64,000 nucleotides of DNA from Candidatus Spongiisociaceae bacterium (GTDB taxonomy: Bacteria > Actinomycetota > Acidimicrobiia > Spongiisociales > Spongiisociaceae), in assembly GCA_965219685.1 (NCBI GenBank), contig CBDCOH010000002.1, positions 2,464,001 to 2,528,000 on the forward strand. The letters are read 5' to 3'. This document shows positions 1 through 10,501 of this stretch, one piece after another (position 1 is the first letter of the stretch; the number at the start of each line of letters is the position of its first letter). The translations under genes were made by a program, and so were the position numbers. Under the pieces are notes generated by a model. It worked only from the letters and a program-made list of their open reading frames with translations, did no database searches and was not told the DNA's origin.

Positions 1-1498
1 GCGCATGGGCCAGGTAGACACCTTCGAAGGCCGGTTCGAGGAAGTGCTCGAAGCTGAGCCGGAACGGGGTGTTGACAAATCCGATCAGCACGGTGAGCAC
101 CCCCAGGACGACCAGCGGACCGGTCATGATCTTGGGAGACTCGTGCGGATGTACTCCGTCGTCCCAGCGAGCCTTCCCGTCGAATACCAGGAAGTACTGG
201 CGAGCCATGTAGAAGGCGGTCAGCAGCGCGGTCAGCAGCCCGATCCCCCAGAGGAGGGTGTAGTACCCGCCCTTGGCGAACAGGACGGCCAGTATCTCGT
301 CCTTGGACCAGAACCCGGCCAGGGGTGGGATGCCCGCTATCGAGAGGGTCGCCACCAGCATCGTCGCATGGGTGACGGGCATCTTGGACCGCAACCCTCC
401 CATCCGGGTCATGTCCTGCTCATCAGCCAGGGCGTGGATGACCGAGCCCGCCCCGAGAAACAGCAGCGCCTTGAAGACGGCATGGGTGACCAGGTGGAAC
501 AGGCCGGCCACGTAGCCGCCGATCCCCACAGCCATGAACATGTAACCGAGTTGGCTGATCGTCGAGTAGGCCAGCACCCGCTTGATGTCCCGCTGAGCGA
601 TGGCGATGGTGGCGGCGAGGAGAGCGGTCAGCGCGCCCACCGTCGCGACTACCCCGCCGGCCACATCCGAGAGCCCGTAGATGGCGCCGGTCCGGGCAAC
701 CATGTAGACACCGGCGGTGACCATGGTGGCGGCGTGGATCAGCGCGGACACGGGTGTGGGGCCCTCCATGGCGTCGGGCAGCCAGACGTAGAGCGGGAGC
801 TGAGCCGACTTGCCCGCTGCGCCGACCAGCAGCAGCAGCCCGATGGCGGTGGCGGTGGTCGCTCCGATCACCTGTCCCGGTTCGTGCAGCACCTCCGTGT
901 AGGAGAGGGTTCCGAACGAGGTGAACACCAGCATCAGCGCCACCATGAAACCGAAGTCGCCGATCCGGTTGACTACGAACGCCTTCTTTCCGGCCGCGGC
1001 GGCCTCGGGACGCGTGTACCAGAAGGATATGAGCAGGTACGAGCAGAGTCCCACCAACTCCCAACCGACGAACAGCAGGGCGAAGTTGTTGGCCAGCACC
1101 AGGATCAGCATCGACGCGATGAACAGGTTGAGGTACGTGAAGAACCGGCTGAACCGCGGGTCGCCGTGCATGTAACCCACCGCGTAGATGTGGATGAGGG
1201 CGCCCACCCCGGTCACCACGAGCGTCATCGTGGCCGACAGGGGATCCCAGAGCAGCTCCGCCGTGGCGCCGAGTCCCGGCATCCAGTCGAAGAGGTGGAC
1301 GACGGTGATCGCCTCTGCGGAGGCGCTCTCCGAGAGGAAGAAGTGGCGGGCGGCCACCGCTGCGTACGCGAAGGCGCCGACCACCGCCAGCACCGCGGGT
1401 CCGGCCGCACGCGGTTCGCCCATTCGACGACCGGCGAAGTGGTTGAGGAGGGCCGCCGCCAGAGGAAGGGCGATGACGATCCAGAGATAGTCGGTCAC
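1..1498 (-). CDS. nuoL: NADH-quinone oxidoreductase subunit L (3' end runs off the window)
   Basis: Manual translation from GTG at 1498 ([21 protein letters not shown]...) gives NuoL motifs such as GKSAQLPLYVWLPDAMEGPTPVSALIHAATMV. It lies downstream of nuoK and is absent from the ORF track because there is no stop in the window. Confidence 0.93.
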   Translation of the reverse strand, partial: MTDYLWIVIALPLAAALLNHFAGRRMGEPRAAGPAVLAVVGAFAYAAVAARHFFLSESASAEAITVVHLFDWMPGLGATAELLWDPLSATMTLVVTGVGALIHIYAVGYMHGDPRFSRFFTYLNLFIASMLILVLANNFALLFVGWELVGLCSYLLISFWYTRPEAAAAGKKAFVVNRIGDFGFMVALMLVFTSFGTLSYTEVLHEPGQVIGATTATAIGLLLLVGAAGKSAQLPLYVWLPDAMEGPTPVSALIHAATMVTAGVYMVARTGAIYGLSDVAGGVVATVGALTALLAATIAIAQRDIKRVLAYSTISQLGYMFMAVGIGGYVAGLFHLVTHAVFKALLFLGAGSVIHALADEQDMTRMGGLRSKMPVTHATMLVATLSIAGIPPLAGFWSKDEILAVLFAKGGYYTLLWGIGLLTALLTAFYMARQYFLVFDGKARWDDGVHPHESPKIMTGPLVVLGVLTVLIGFVNTPFRLSFEHFLEPAFEGVYLAHA

Positions 1499-1569
1499 GC
1501 CATGTCCTCGAGCGGGGAACCGTCCGTCGGACGTGACCCCGCGCGGGTCACGAGGATGTCCACCCTCAT
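1495..1569 (-). CDS. putative 24-aa mini-[27 protein letters not shown] bridging nuoK and nuoL
   Basis: Its ATG overlaps the nuoK stop (ATGA) and its TGA overlaps the nuoL GTG (GTGA), spanning the gap exactly. Confidence 0.4.
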   Translation of the reverse strand: MRVDILVTRAGSRPTDGSPLEDMA

Positions 1570-1871
1570 CCCGACAGCTCCGACAGGTCGTCCACGGAGG
1601 CCGTCTGGCGGGAACGGAAGATCGACACGATGATCGCCAGGCCCACCGCTACCTCGGCCGCCGCCACCACCAGCACGAACAGCACCGCCATCTGCCCGCC
1701 GATGTCACCGTGGGCGCGGGCTGCCGCCACGAACGTCAGGTTCACCGCGTTGAGCATCAACTCCACCGACATGAACATCACCAGGGCGTTGTTCCGCAGG
1801 AGCAATCCGGCCGCGCCCACCAGGAAGAGGACCGCCGCCAGGGTCATGTACCAGTCCGCCGTTACGATCAC
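1566..1871 (-). CDS. nuoK: NADH-quinone oxidoreductase subunit K
   Basis: [20 protein letters not shown] and [12 protein letters not shown] motifs; GTG start overlaps the nuoJ stop. Confidence 0.95.
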   Translation of the reverse strand: MIVTADWYMTLAAVLFLVGAAGLLLRNNALVMFMSVELMLNAVNLTFVAAARAHGDIGGQMAVLFVLVVAAAEVAVGLAIIVSIFRSRQTASVDDLSELSG

Positions 1872-2464
1872 GTCGAGCGCTGTCCCCGGTCGGGGCCGCC
1901 GCCGGCCGCGTCCTCCCCGTCCTTGCGACGCGGGCGATAGAAGGCGAGGGATATGGCTCCCACCGCCGCCACGACCAGCAGAAGCGAGGTCGCTTCGAAG
2001 GGCAGCAGCCATCGAGAGGCCCGCTGCCCGGCCGCCGAATCGGCGGAGATGAGGTTGGAACCGATCTCCTCCACCGTCCCCCGGACTTCGGCTGCCTCCC
2101 CCGATGTGATCACCCAGTCGAAACGGTCCGTCACCACCAGGACTCCGGCCAGGACCACCACGCCGACGAGGACCACCAGCGCGACGGGGCGCTGGACGAC
2201 CAGCTTCTCCGTCAGGCGTTCGGCGCGGTCGACGCCCACGAACATGATGACGAACAGGAACAGTGTTATCACGGCCCCGGCGTAGACGATCACCTGCACG
2301 GCCGCCACGAAGTGGGCCAGGTGGACCACGTAGAACACGGCCAGGGCGAACAGTGTCGCCATGAGTCCCATCGCTCCGTATACCGGGTTCCGGGCTCTGA
2401 CCACCGCGATCGCGCCGCCCAGGGTCACCGCCCCCATGAGGATGAAGACGACCAACTCGACCAT
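1868..2464 (-). CDS. nuoJ: NADH-quinone oxidoreductase subunit J
   Basis: [18 protein letters not shown] and [11 protein letters not shown] motifs; operon position. Confidence 0.95.
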   Translation of the reverse strand: MVELVVFILMGAVTLGGAIAVVRARNPVYGAMGLMATLFALAVFYVVHLAHFVAAVQVIVYAGAVITLFLFVIMFVGVDRAERLTEKLVVQRPVALVVLVGVVVLAGVLVVTDRFDWVITSGEAAEVRGTVEEIGSNLISADSAAGQRASRWLLPFEATSLLLVVAAVGAISLAFYRPRRKDGEDAAGGGPDRGQRST

Positions 2465-3123
2465 CAGCCGTCGTCCTCACTCGAAGGCTGTTCGGTCTCC
2501 GCGGCCTCCGACTGGCCGACCTCCGGGGGTCGTACCCCCACACCGGCAGATCCGGACCAGGCGACCGAGCCCTCGTAGGCCGCCCGCCCCTGGGGCGCGG
2601 TGGCCCGCATCCATCCGTCGGCATCGGCCAACTCCTCGAAGTCGGCGAACCGGTCTGCCTCGAACATATGGTTGGGCCGACCGTCCTCGTCGACCAGCAA
2701 CTCCGTCTTCGTGTAGATGGCGTCCGACCGGTTGGTGGTGGACATCTCGAACAGGCGGGTGTGCGTGATGGCCTCGGTGGGGCAGGCCTCGACGCACAGC
2801 CCGCAGAAGATGCACCTCAGCATGTTGATCTCGTAGACGAACCCGTAGCGCTCCCCGGGGCTGACCGGGTCGTCGATCGGGTTGTCCGCGCCCCGCACGT
2901 AGATGCAACTGGCCGGGCACGCGCCGGCACAGAGCTCGCAGCCGATGCACTTCTCCATGCCGTCCTCGTAGCGGTTGAGCACATGGCGGCCGTGGAAGCG
3001 CTGGGGCTTCTCCCGCATCACCTTCGGGTACTTGGTGGTGACCAGACCCTTCCCGAACACGGTCGCGACGAACTGCCGCCCGGTTACCGCCATGCCCTTG
3101 ATGAACGCTTCTACAGGTCCCAT
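2464..3123 (-). CDS. nuoI: NADH-quinone oxidoreductase subunit I
   Basis: Two CxxCxxCxxxCP ferredoxin motifs ([24 protein letters not shown]). Confidence 0.95.
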   Translation of the reverse strand: MGPVEAFIKGMAVTGRQFVATVFGKGLVTTKYPKVMREKPQRFHGRHVLNRYEDGMEKCIGCELCAGACPASCIYVRGADNPIDDPVSPGERYGFVYEINMLRCIFCGLCVEACPTEAITHTRLFEMSTTNRSDAIYTKTELLVDEDGRPNHMFEADRFADFEELADADGWMRATAPQGRAAYEGSVAWSGSAGVGVRPPEVGQSEAAETEQPSSEDDG

Positions 3124-3124
3124 A

Positions 3125-4210
3125 TCAACTCCACGGAAGGCCGAAATTGCGGAAGGCCAGCGCCCCACCGATGCAGAACAGCCAGACCAGGGACGCGGGA
3201 ATCAACCGCTTCCACCCGAGGGTCATAAGTTGGTCGTAGCGGAGCCGGGGAAGCGTCGCCCTCAGCCATACGAACAGGAACAGGAACACCACCACCTTGA
3301 GGAAGAACCAGACGGTCGGGAGCAGCCCGCTGACCAGTACCGGAAGGGACCCGTCCCAGGTGGGCCCCGACCAGCCGCCCAGGAACAGCGTCACCGCCAG
3401 AGCCGACATGGTGAAGATGTTGATGTACTCGGCGAGGAAGAACAGGGCGAAACGGAGGCCCGAGTACTCGGTGTGGAACCCGCCCACGATCTCCTGTTCC
3501 GCCTCGACCAGATCGAACGGGGCCCGGTTGGTCTCCGCTACCGCAGCCACGAAGAAGATCAGGAAGGAGGGCGCCAGCACGAACAGGTTCCAAGCGGGCA
3601 GCCCGAATGCCTGCCCCAGGAAGGTGAGCGTCGAGGACTGGGCAGCCACGATCTCCGATATGCGCAGAGATCCCGTGTAGAGCACCACCGGGACCAGCGA
3701 AAGACCCATGGCCGCTTCGTAGGAGATCGCCTGGGCGGTCGCCCTGACCCCACCGAGGAGCGGGTACTTGGATCCGGAGGACCACCCTGCCAGCACCACG
3801 GCGTAGACGGCCACCGAGGACATGGCGAGGATGTAGAGCAGGCCTACGTTGAGGTCGGCGCCCTGGAGGGGCACCCGCCTCGTCTCTCCCCCGAGCGTTA
3901 TCTCGAAAGGCCGGCCGAACGGGACCACCATGAACATGAGGAAGGCGGGGATGGCGGCCAGCATGGGGGCGGCAAGGTAGAGACCCAACTCGACCTTGCG
4001 GGGCGTCACCTGCTCCTTGAAGAACAGCTTGAGACCGTCGGCCAGGGTCTGGAGGACCCCCCATGGCCCGGCCCGGTCCGGTCCCACGCGGTTCTGCATG
4101 TCGGCGACGATCTTCCGCTCGAACCAGATCAGCAGGATGGTCACCACCAGCAGCAGCGCGAAGACCACGATCACCCGTGCAACCACCAGAACGAGATCGA
4201 TCCAGTCCAT
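3125..4210 (-). CDS. nuoH: NADH-quinone oxidoreductase subunit H
   Basis: [24 protein letters not shown] and [13 protein letters not shown] motifs. Confidence 0.97.
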   Translation of the reverse strand: MDWIDLVLVVARVIVVFALLLVVTILLIWFERKIVADMQNRVGPDRAGPWGVLQTLADGLKLFFKEQVTPRKVELGLYLAAPMLAAIPAFLMFMVVPFGRPFEITLGGETRRVPLQGADLNVGLLYILAMSSVAVYAVVLAGWSSGSKYPLLGGVRATAQAISYEAAMGLSLVPVVLYTGSLRISEIVAAQSSTLTFLGQAFGLPAWNLFVLAPSFLIFFVAAVAETNRAPFDLVEAEQEIVGGFHTEYSGLRFALFFLAEYINIFTMSALAVTLFLGGWSGPTWDGSLPVLVSGLLPTVWFFLKVVVFLFLFVWLRATLPRLRYDQLMTLGWKRLIPASLVWLFCIGGALAFRNFGLPWS

Positions 4211-6639
4211 CAGGACCCGTCCCCGATCTCGAAGCTGCTTCCCAGCGGCGGCACACCCGGCTGGTTGAAAGGCACGTACACGGTGCCGTCGTGGAGGGTC
4301 GGGTCGACGCGGACGGGCAGCGTCACCGAACGGCTCCCGAGGCCGAGACTGATCTCATCGCCGTCGCGCAACCGCAACGATGCCGCATGCGCGGGAGTGA
4401 TATGGGCGGCGGCACCGGGTGCCTGGCCGGACAGCGACGGGCTGTGCCGGAGCAGAACCCCGTCGTCGTACATGGTGCGGGCCAGATGGAGCGTGTACGC
4501 GCCGACCACTCCGCTGGAGTGGCGGTCCCGGGGCTCGTACTGCAGCGGCTGCACCGCCCCCGGGATGGGGACGACCGCGCCGTCGGGAGCATCCCACTCG
4601 AGGTAGTCCCAGGTGACCCCGGCATAGGCCGGCGCAACCCTCGAGATCTCGTCCGCGATGGCCTTCTCCGAGGTCAGACCGATCGGACGACCCATCCTCG
4701 CGGCCAGATCGTCGAGGATCGACCAGTCGGCTCGGGCCTGGCCGGGTCCGGGCACCAAGCGGTTGACCTTCTGCACCCGGCCCTCGAGGTTGGTGACGGT
4801 TCCCTTCTTCTCGGCAAACCCCAGCGCCGGGAGAACGACGTCCGCCCGCCTCGAGGAGTCGGTCAGGAACAGGTCGATCGCAACCACGAACCCGGCTCCG
4901 CCCAGGGCCGCACTCCCGTCGAAGCCGACCATGTCCCGGACCGGGTCGGCGCCGCACAGGATGAGGCACCCGATCCGGCCGGCCACCGACGAGGCAGCGA
5001 TCTCCAGCGCCCCCATGCCCGCCTCGGACGGGACGGGGCCCCAGGTCGACAACAGCTTGCCGGCTTCTCCATTCGCCGGGAGCGCGACGCGGCCCGGCAG
5101 GAGGTCCGGCGCCATCCCCATATCCAGCGCGCCGAAGGTGTTGCCGCGATGGACCAGCGGGAGGACGGTGGCGCCCAGGCCTCGGCTGAAGGCGGCCACC
5201 GACTCGGCCAGGCGAGGATCCTCCGCCAGGCCGGCACGGCCGACCAGCGCCACCACCGGGCCCTCGTCCAGGGCCTCCCTGACCGCACGGTGCGTTCCCT
5301 CACCTGCTTCGAGGCGCTGGAGCAACTCGGACCCGGTTCCCGGCCGGTAGGTGATCTTGTGAGCGGCGCGGTCATCCAGACCGGTGGCCCGGGGGTGGAC
5401 GACGATCAGGGTTGCGCCCAACTCCTGCGCGGCGCGGCGCACCCTCAGGTAGAGGATCGGATGCGTCTCCTTGAGGTCGGGACCCCACAGAAGGATTGTC
5501 CTGGCCGAATCCAGGTCGTCGATCCGGCCGCGCCCGACCAGCCCCGCCAGGAGTGCCGCTTCGAGACCGTCGCCGAGTTGAGCGTCGAGGTTGTTGGAAC
5601 CCACCGCCACCCGCATGAACTTGGACAGCGCGTAGGCGTCCTCGTTGGTTCCCCTGGCCCCGCCGAGAGCGGCCACGGCTTGAACTCCCCGGTCCGCGAT
5701 CACCGACCGCAGACGGTCCGCAACCACGTCCAGGGCCTCTCCCCAACCTGCCTCCCTGAAGCCGGAGCCCTCCTTGATCAACGGCGTCGTCAGACGATCG
5801 GGCGAACCGATGAACTCGAACAGGAAACGCTCCTTGTCCGATAGCCATCCCTGGTTGGTGGCTCCGTTGTCGACACCGAGAAGCCGCAACACCCGGTTAT
5901 GGGAAGAATGCACCGCGACGCTGCTCCCCTCCGTGTGGATCACGCCGGTGCTCTGGGCGACGCGCAGGTCCCAGGGCCGTGCCCTGAAACGGTACGGGAC
6001 GGCGGTGAGCGCCCCTACCGGACAGATCTGGACCGTGTTGCCGGAGAAGTAGGAGTTGAACGGTTCGTCGGGGAAGGTGAGCACCTGGGTGGTGTTGCCC
6101 CGGTTCTGGAACTCGATGAGCGGATCACCCGAGATCTCGTCGGAGAACCTGGTGCACCGGGCGCAGAGGATGCACCGCTCCCTGTCCAGGAGGACGAGGT
6201 CGCTGATCGGGATGGGCTTGGCGAAGTGCCGTTTCTCCTCGACGAAACGGCTCTCGCCCGGGCCGTAGGACATGGTCTGGTCCTGGAGAGGACACTCGCC
6301 GCCCTTGTCGCAGACCGGGCAGTCGAGCGGATGGTTGAGGAGGAGGAATTCGAGCACCCCCTCCTGGGCCTTCTTGGCGGCCTCGGACTCGGTGTGGGTG
6401 ACCATCCCGTCGGCGACCGGCTGCATGCAGGAGGGGACGATCAGCCGGCCCCTGGGGGTTTCGATCTCCACCAGGCACATCCGGCACATCCCGACGGGGT
6501 TCATGCGCGGGTGCCAGCAGAACCGCGGTATGTACGTGCCGTTGTCCTCGGCGGCCTTTATGAGAAGTTCGCCGGCCCGGGCCTCCACGTCCTGCCCGTC
6601 GATGGTGATGCGCACCTTGGGACGTTCCTGCGCGGTCAT
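4210..6639 (-). CDS. nuoG: NADH-quinone oxidoreductase subunit G
   Basis: IPRFCWH, GMCRMC, NHPLDCPVCDKGGECPLQD and CILCARC motifs; start MTAQERPK overlaps the upstream stop (ATGA). Confidence 0.95.
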   Translation of the reverse strand: MTAQERPKVRITIDGQDVEARAGELLIKAAEDNGTYIPRFCWHPRMNPVGMCRMCLVEIETPRGRLIVPSCMQPVADGMVTHTESEAAKKAQEGVLEFLLLNHPLDCPVCDKGGECPLQDQTMSYGPGESRFVEEKRHFAKPIPISDLVLLDRERCILCARCTRFSDEISGDPLIEFQNRGNTTQVLTFPDEPFNSYFSGNTVQICPVGALTAVPYRFRARPWDLRVAQSTGVIHTEGSSVAVHSSHNRVLRLLGVDNGATNQGWLSDKERFLFEFIGSPDRLTTPLIKEGSGFREAGWGEALDVVADRLRSVIADRGVQAVAALGGARGTNEDAYALSKFMRVAVGSNNLDAQLGDGLEAALLAGLVGRGRIDDLDSARTILLWGPDLKETHPILYLRVRRAAQELGATLIVVHPRATGLDDRAAHKITYRPGTGSELLQRLEAGEGTHRAVREALDEGPVVALVGRAGLAEDPRLAESVAAFSRGLGATVLPLVHRGNTFGALDMGMAPDLLPGRVALPANGEAGKLLSTWGPVPSEAGMGALEIAASSVAGRIGCLILCGADPVRDMVGFDGSAALGGAGFVVAIDLFLTDSSRRADVVLPALGFAEKKGTVTNLEGRVQKVNRLVPGPGQARADWSILDDLAARMGRPIGLTSEKAIADEISRVAPAYAGVTWDYLEWDAPDGAVVPIPGAVQPLQYEPRDRHSSGVVGAYTLHLARTMYDDGVLLRHSPSLSGQAPGAAAHITPAHAASLRLRDGDEISLGLGSRSVTLPVRVDPTLHDGTVYVPFNQPGVPPLGSSFEIGDGS

Positions 6640-8645
6640 CTCACCCCCCCGATGGCTACCGGGACCAGGTTGGCTCTCCACAGGTGCTCCTCGACCTCGT
6701 CGCGGAAGTGGCGGAGCAGCGAGACCACCGGTGACACCGCCGAGGGTCCGAGAGCGCAGATCGTGGTCATGGCCGGTGGCCAGCGCAGGCCCGGCGAGAT
6801 GTTGTCGGACACGTCCAGGAGCAGGTCGGCGTCCACGGGACGTCCCTGCCCGTCCATCACCCTCCGCAGGATCATGTCCAGCCACACGGTCCCCTCCCGG
6901 CAGGGAGTGCACTGGCCGCAGGACTCGTGGGCGAAGAAACGGACCAGGCGCTCGGCGGCCGCCACCATGTCGGTCGTCTCGTCCATGACGATCACCGCTC
7001 CCGAGCCGGTCATCGAGCCGAGGCCGTCGATGGCCTCCTTGGTCACCTCTGTGTCCAGGTGCAGTTCCGGCACGAACCACGGCGAGGAGGCCCCGCCCGG
7101 GACCCACGCCTTCAGCCTGTTCCCGTCCCGGATCCCGCCGGCCAGGTCGAATATCAGGTCGCGCCACGAGAGACCCTCGACGATCTCGTAGTTGCCCGGC
7201 CGGTTGACATGACCGGAGATCGAACACATGCGGCGTCCGGGCGAGCCGCCCGGGCCGATCGCCGCGTAGGCCGCCCCTCCGTTGTTGATGATCCACGGAA
7301 CATTGGCGAGGGTCTCCACGTTGTTGACGATGGTGGGCATCATGTAAAGGCCCTTCGCCGCCGGGAAGTAGGGCGGCTTCAGCCGGGGCTCGCCCCGACG
7401 GCCCTCCAGGCTGTTGAGCAGGCCGGTCTCCTCTCCGCAGATGTAGGCGCCGGCCCCGAGGTGTACGGTGAGCTCGAGGTCGTAGCCGGACCCGAGGATG
7501 TCGCGGCCCAGGTACCCGGCCTCGTACGCCTCCTCCACCGCGGTCCTGACCCGGCGCGCCGCCTTCGGATACTCACCCCGGACATATATGAACGCGTGGT
7601 GGACCTCGCTTGCGTAGGAGGAGATGATCACGCCCTCGACCATCTGGTGGGGATCGCGTTCCATCAGTTGGCGGTCCTTGAATGTCCCCGGCTCGGACTC
7701 GTCGGCGTTCACGACCAGATAGGACGGGCGGGCGGGAGCGAGGAAACCCCACTTGACACCCGCCGGGAAACCGGCCCCTCCGCGGCCGCGGAGCATGGAG
7801 CCCTTCACCTCGGCCGTGATCTCCCCCGGGTCCATGCCGGGGTCGCCCAGGACCTTCCGCAATGCCGAGTACCCGCCGGTCGCCTCGTAGGTGAACAGGG
7901 TGTTGCTGGTACCGGGATGCTCGTTCATCCGGGCGGTCAGGATCATCGGCGCGTCCCCGTTGCCGGAGGTCGGGACAGAGTCGTCGACGGGCGTAGGCCC
8001 GGCCGAAGGAAACGCCACCTCGGTCCCGAGCGGCGAGAAGGAGGGAACCGGCCCGGCGACCCCCACCGGGTCGGGGATCGCCCAGGGGAAGGAGGTGCGA
8101 CTCCCGAAACGAGCCTGCAGGTCATCGCCCGATACCGACTCGGGGCGATCAGATCGCAACCATCGCACCAGGTCCCGGGCCTTCTCCGGTGTCACCCCCT
8201 CCACGAACTCGTAGTTCACCTGGACGACGGGCGCCGCCCCGCAGGCGCCGATGCACTCGACGTGTTCGGGGGAGACCAGGCCGTCGGCGTCGGTGTGGCC
8301 GGAGGGTGTCCCCGCCTCGTCCTCCACCGCGTGCAGGACGTCGTCGGAGCCGCCCAGCCAGCATGAGATGGATGTGCACACCGACACCAGGTAGCGACCC
8401 ACCGGGCTCCGCTTGTACATCGTGTAGAAGCTGGCCACCGCCGACACCTGCGCCGGCGTCACGCCCACCAGTTCCGCCACCTTGCGCATGCCGTCGTCCG
8501 TGAGGCGATCGTTCCCCTGATCGAGGTCCTCGCGCATCGCTATGTACAGGAGCGGCATCATGGCGGAGCGGCGTTCGGGATACGCGGAGAGGACCGCGAG
8601 GGCACGTTGTTCCGCCACGGCCGACCAGGTGTAGGGCATATCCAC
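6636..8645 (-). CDS. nuoEF: fused NADH-quinone oxidoreductase subunits E and F
   Basis: N-terminal NuoE (VASFYTMY, CTSISC, CIGAC) is in frame with NuoF (GRGGAGF, NADESEPGTFKDR, GAGAYICGEET, ESCGQCTPCREG). Confidence 0.92.
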   Translation of the reverse strand: MDMPYTWSAVAEQRALAVLSAYPERRSAMMPLLYIAMREDLDQGNDRLTDDGMRKVAELVGVTPAQVSAVASFYTMYKRSPVGRYLVSVCTSISCWLGGSDDVLHAVEDEAGTPSGHTDADGLVSPEHVECIGACGAAPVVQVNYEFVEGVTPEKARDLVRWLRSDRPESVSGDDLQARFGSRTSFPWAIPDPVGVAGPVPSFSPLGTEVAFPSAGPTPVDDSVPTSGNGDAPMILTARMNEHPGTSNTLFTYEATGGYSALRKVLGDPGMDPGEITAEVKGSMLRGRGGAGFPAGVKWGFLAPARPSYLVVNADESEPGTFKDRQLMERDPHQMVEGVIISSYASEVHHAFIYVRGEYPKAARRVRTAVEEAYEAGYLGRDILGSGYDLELTVHLGAGAYICGEETGLLNSLEGRRGEPRLKPPYFPAAKGLYMMPTIVNNVETLANVPWIINNGGAAYAAIGPGGSPGRRMCSISGHVNRPGNYEIVEGLSWRDLIFDLAGGIRDGNRLKAWVPGGASSPWFVPELHLDTEVTKEAIDGLGSMTGSGAVIVMDETTDMVAAAERLVRFFAHESCGQCTPCREGTVWLDMILRRVMDGQGRPVDADLLLDVSDNISPGLRWPPAMTTICALGPSAVSPVVSLLRHFRDEVEEHLWRANLVPVAIGGVR

Positions 8646-10001
8646 CTACCGGTCCACGTCGCCCATCACGGGATCGAGCGAGGCGATACAGGCCACGGAG
8701 TCGGCGACCAGCGAGTCGGCCATCATGACCGGCAAGGCCTGGAGGTTCGAGAAGGACGGCGCCCTGGTGTGCATGCGCAGCGGCTTCCCGCCCCCGTCGG
8801 AGACGAGGTAGCAGCCCAACTCCCCGCGTGGGGACTCGATGGCCACGTAGGTCTCCCCGGCGGGCACCTTGAACCCCTCCGTGTAGATCTTGAAGTGGTG
8901 GATCAGCGCCTCCATGGACTCGTCGATCCGGCGCCTCGGGGGCGGGGACACCTTGCGGTCACCGGTCTTGTAGTCGCCCCGCGGCATGCCGTTCGCCACC
9001 TGCTCCACGATCCGCAACGACTGGCGCATCTCGCCGATGCGGACGCGGTAACGGTCGTAGACGTCACCATGCCGCCCGGTGACCACGTCGAACTCGTAGT
9101 CGTCGATGCCCGAGTACGGCTGGGACACCCTGAGATCCCATCCGACCCCGGTCGCCCGCAGGGTCGGACCGGTGATCCCGTAGGCCAGGCACTCCTCGGA
9201 GGTGATGATTCCCACGCCCTGGGTGCGACCCTTCCAGATCGAGTTCTCCTTGAGCAGGTCCTCGTAGTCCTGCATCGCCAGCGGTATCCGTTCCAGGATC
9301 TCCTCGACGTCCTCCTCCCACCCGTCGGGGAGATCGGCGGCCACGCCTCCCGGCCGGATGTAGTTGTGGTTCATGCGCAGACCGGTGGTCTTCTCGAAGA
9401 AGGAGAGGATCAGCTCCCGCTCGCGGAACCCGTACATCATCATCGACAGGGCGCCGATGTCCATCCCGTTGGTGGCCGTGGCGACGAGGTGGGACGAGAC
9501 CCGGTTGAGTTCGGTCATCAGCAGCCGGATCGCCTGGGCACGCGGGGGTATGTCCACACCCAGCAACTTCTCCACCGCGAGGGAGTAGCACAGCTCGTTG
9601 TGGAGCGGAGCCAGGTAGTCCATGCGGGTCACGTTGGTCCCGCCCTGCAGGAACGTCAGGGCCTCGGCGGTCTTCTCCATGCCCGTGTGCAGATAACCGA
9701 TGATCGGTTTGATCCGCCGGACGATCTCGCCCTCGAGTTCCAGGTTGAGCCGCAGCACCCCGTGGGTGGACGGGTGTTGGGGACCCATGTTGACGATCAT
9801 CCGCTCGTCGTCGGCCACCGTGTCGTCTATGACCCAGTCGTCGACGACCCGGGCGCCCCGCTGCTCGACCACCCGGGCCCGGGTCTCGTCGCGGTCCATC
9901 TCCTGGGCGCCCTCGTCGGTGCCGGCCACCATCCACTCGGCCACTTCCGGGACCTCGGTTCCGGACACCCACATGTCGGTGCTGGTGGTCGGCCCGGCCA
10001 T
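8646..10001 (-). CDS. nuoD: NADH-quinone oxidoreductase subunit D
   Basis: NMGPQHPSTHGVLRL, GYLHTGMEK, ESPRGELG and terminal GDVDR; start is ATG 10001 or GTG 10004. Confidence 0.96.
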   Translation of the reverse strand: MAGPTTSTDMWVSGTEVPEVAEWMVAGTDEGAQEMDRDETRARVVEQRGARVVDDWVIDDTVADDERMIVNMGPQHPSTHGVLRLNLELEGEIVRRIKPIIGYLHTGMEKTAEALTFLQGGTNVTRMDYLAPLHNELCYSLAVEKLLGVDIPPRAQAIRLLMTELNRVSSHLVATATNGMDIGALSMMMYGFRERELILSFFEKTTGLRMNHNYIRPGGVAADLPDGWEEDVEEILERIPLAMQDYEDLLKENSIWKGRTQGVGIITSEECLAYGITGPTLRATGVGWDLRVSQPYSGIDDYEFDVVTGRHGDVYDRYRVRIGEMRQSLRIVEQVANGMPRGDYKTGDRKVSPPPRRRIDESMEALIHHFKIYTEGFKVPAGETYVAIESPRGELGCYLVSDGGGKPLRMHTRAPSFSNLQALPVMMADSLVADSVACIASLDPVMGDVDR

Positions 10002-10501
10002 CACAGCACCCGGTGGGCTTCCTTGAACTGGACGGGTACGGCTCCCACGCCGAAGTCCCGCCTGAGGGGATGGCCCTCCCAGTCGTCGGGCATCAGGATC
10101 CGGGTCATGTCGGGATGACCGGTGAAGCTGATCCCGAACATGTCGTAGACCTCCCGCTCGAGGAAGTTCGCCCCCGGGTACACCGGCACCAGCGACGGAA
10201 CCAAGGGGTCGTCCTCGGGAACCGCCACCAGTATCCGGAGGCGCCGGTTGTGCGAGAGGGACAGAAGGTTGACCACCAACTCGAAACGGGTGCGGCGGAT
10301 GCCCTGGTAGTCCACGGCGGTGATGTCGGCGCACATCTCGAAACCGCTCGACCTGGCCGCGGCGGCCAGGTCGGCCAGAGAGGAGGGGGGCACCCGGATC
10401 ACGTCATCCCCCGCCGAAACATCCCGCTCGGACTCCGGCACCGCCTCCAGCAGACCGGACACCAAGTCGCCCGACCCTGAACCGTCGGTTCCAGCGGCCA
10501 T
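10001..10501 (-). CDS. nuoC: NADH-quinone oxidoreductase subunit C
   Basis: EREVYDMFGISFTGHP and WEGHPLRRDF motifs. Confidence 0.95.
   Translation of the reverse strand: MAAGTDGSGSGDLVSGLLEAVPESERDVSAGDDVIRVPPSSLADLAAAARSSGFEMCADITAVDYQGIRRTRFELVVNLLSLSHNRRLRILVAVPEDDPLVPSLVPVYPGANFLEREVYDMFGISFTGHPDMTRILMPDDWEGHPLRRDFGVGAVPVQFKEAHRVL

Noticed and set aside
9800-10001. Acidic N-terminal extension of NuoD as a separate domain
   Set aside because: NuoD N-termini are variable and no motif is evident.
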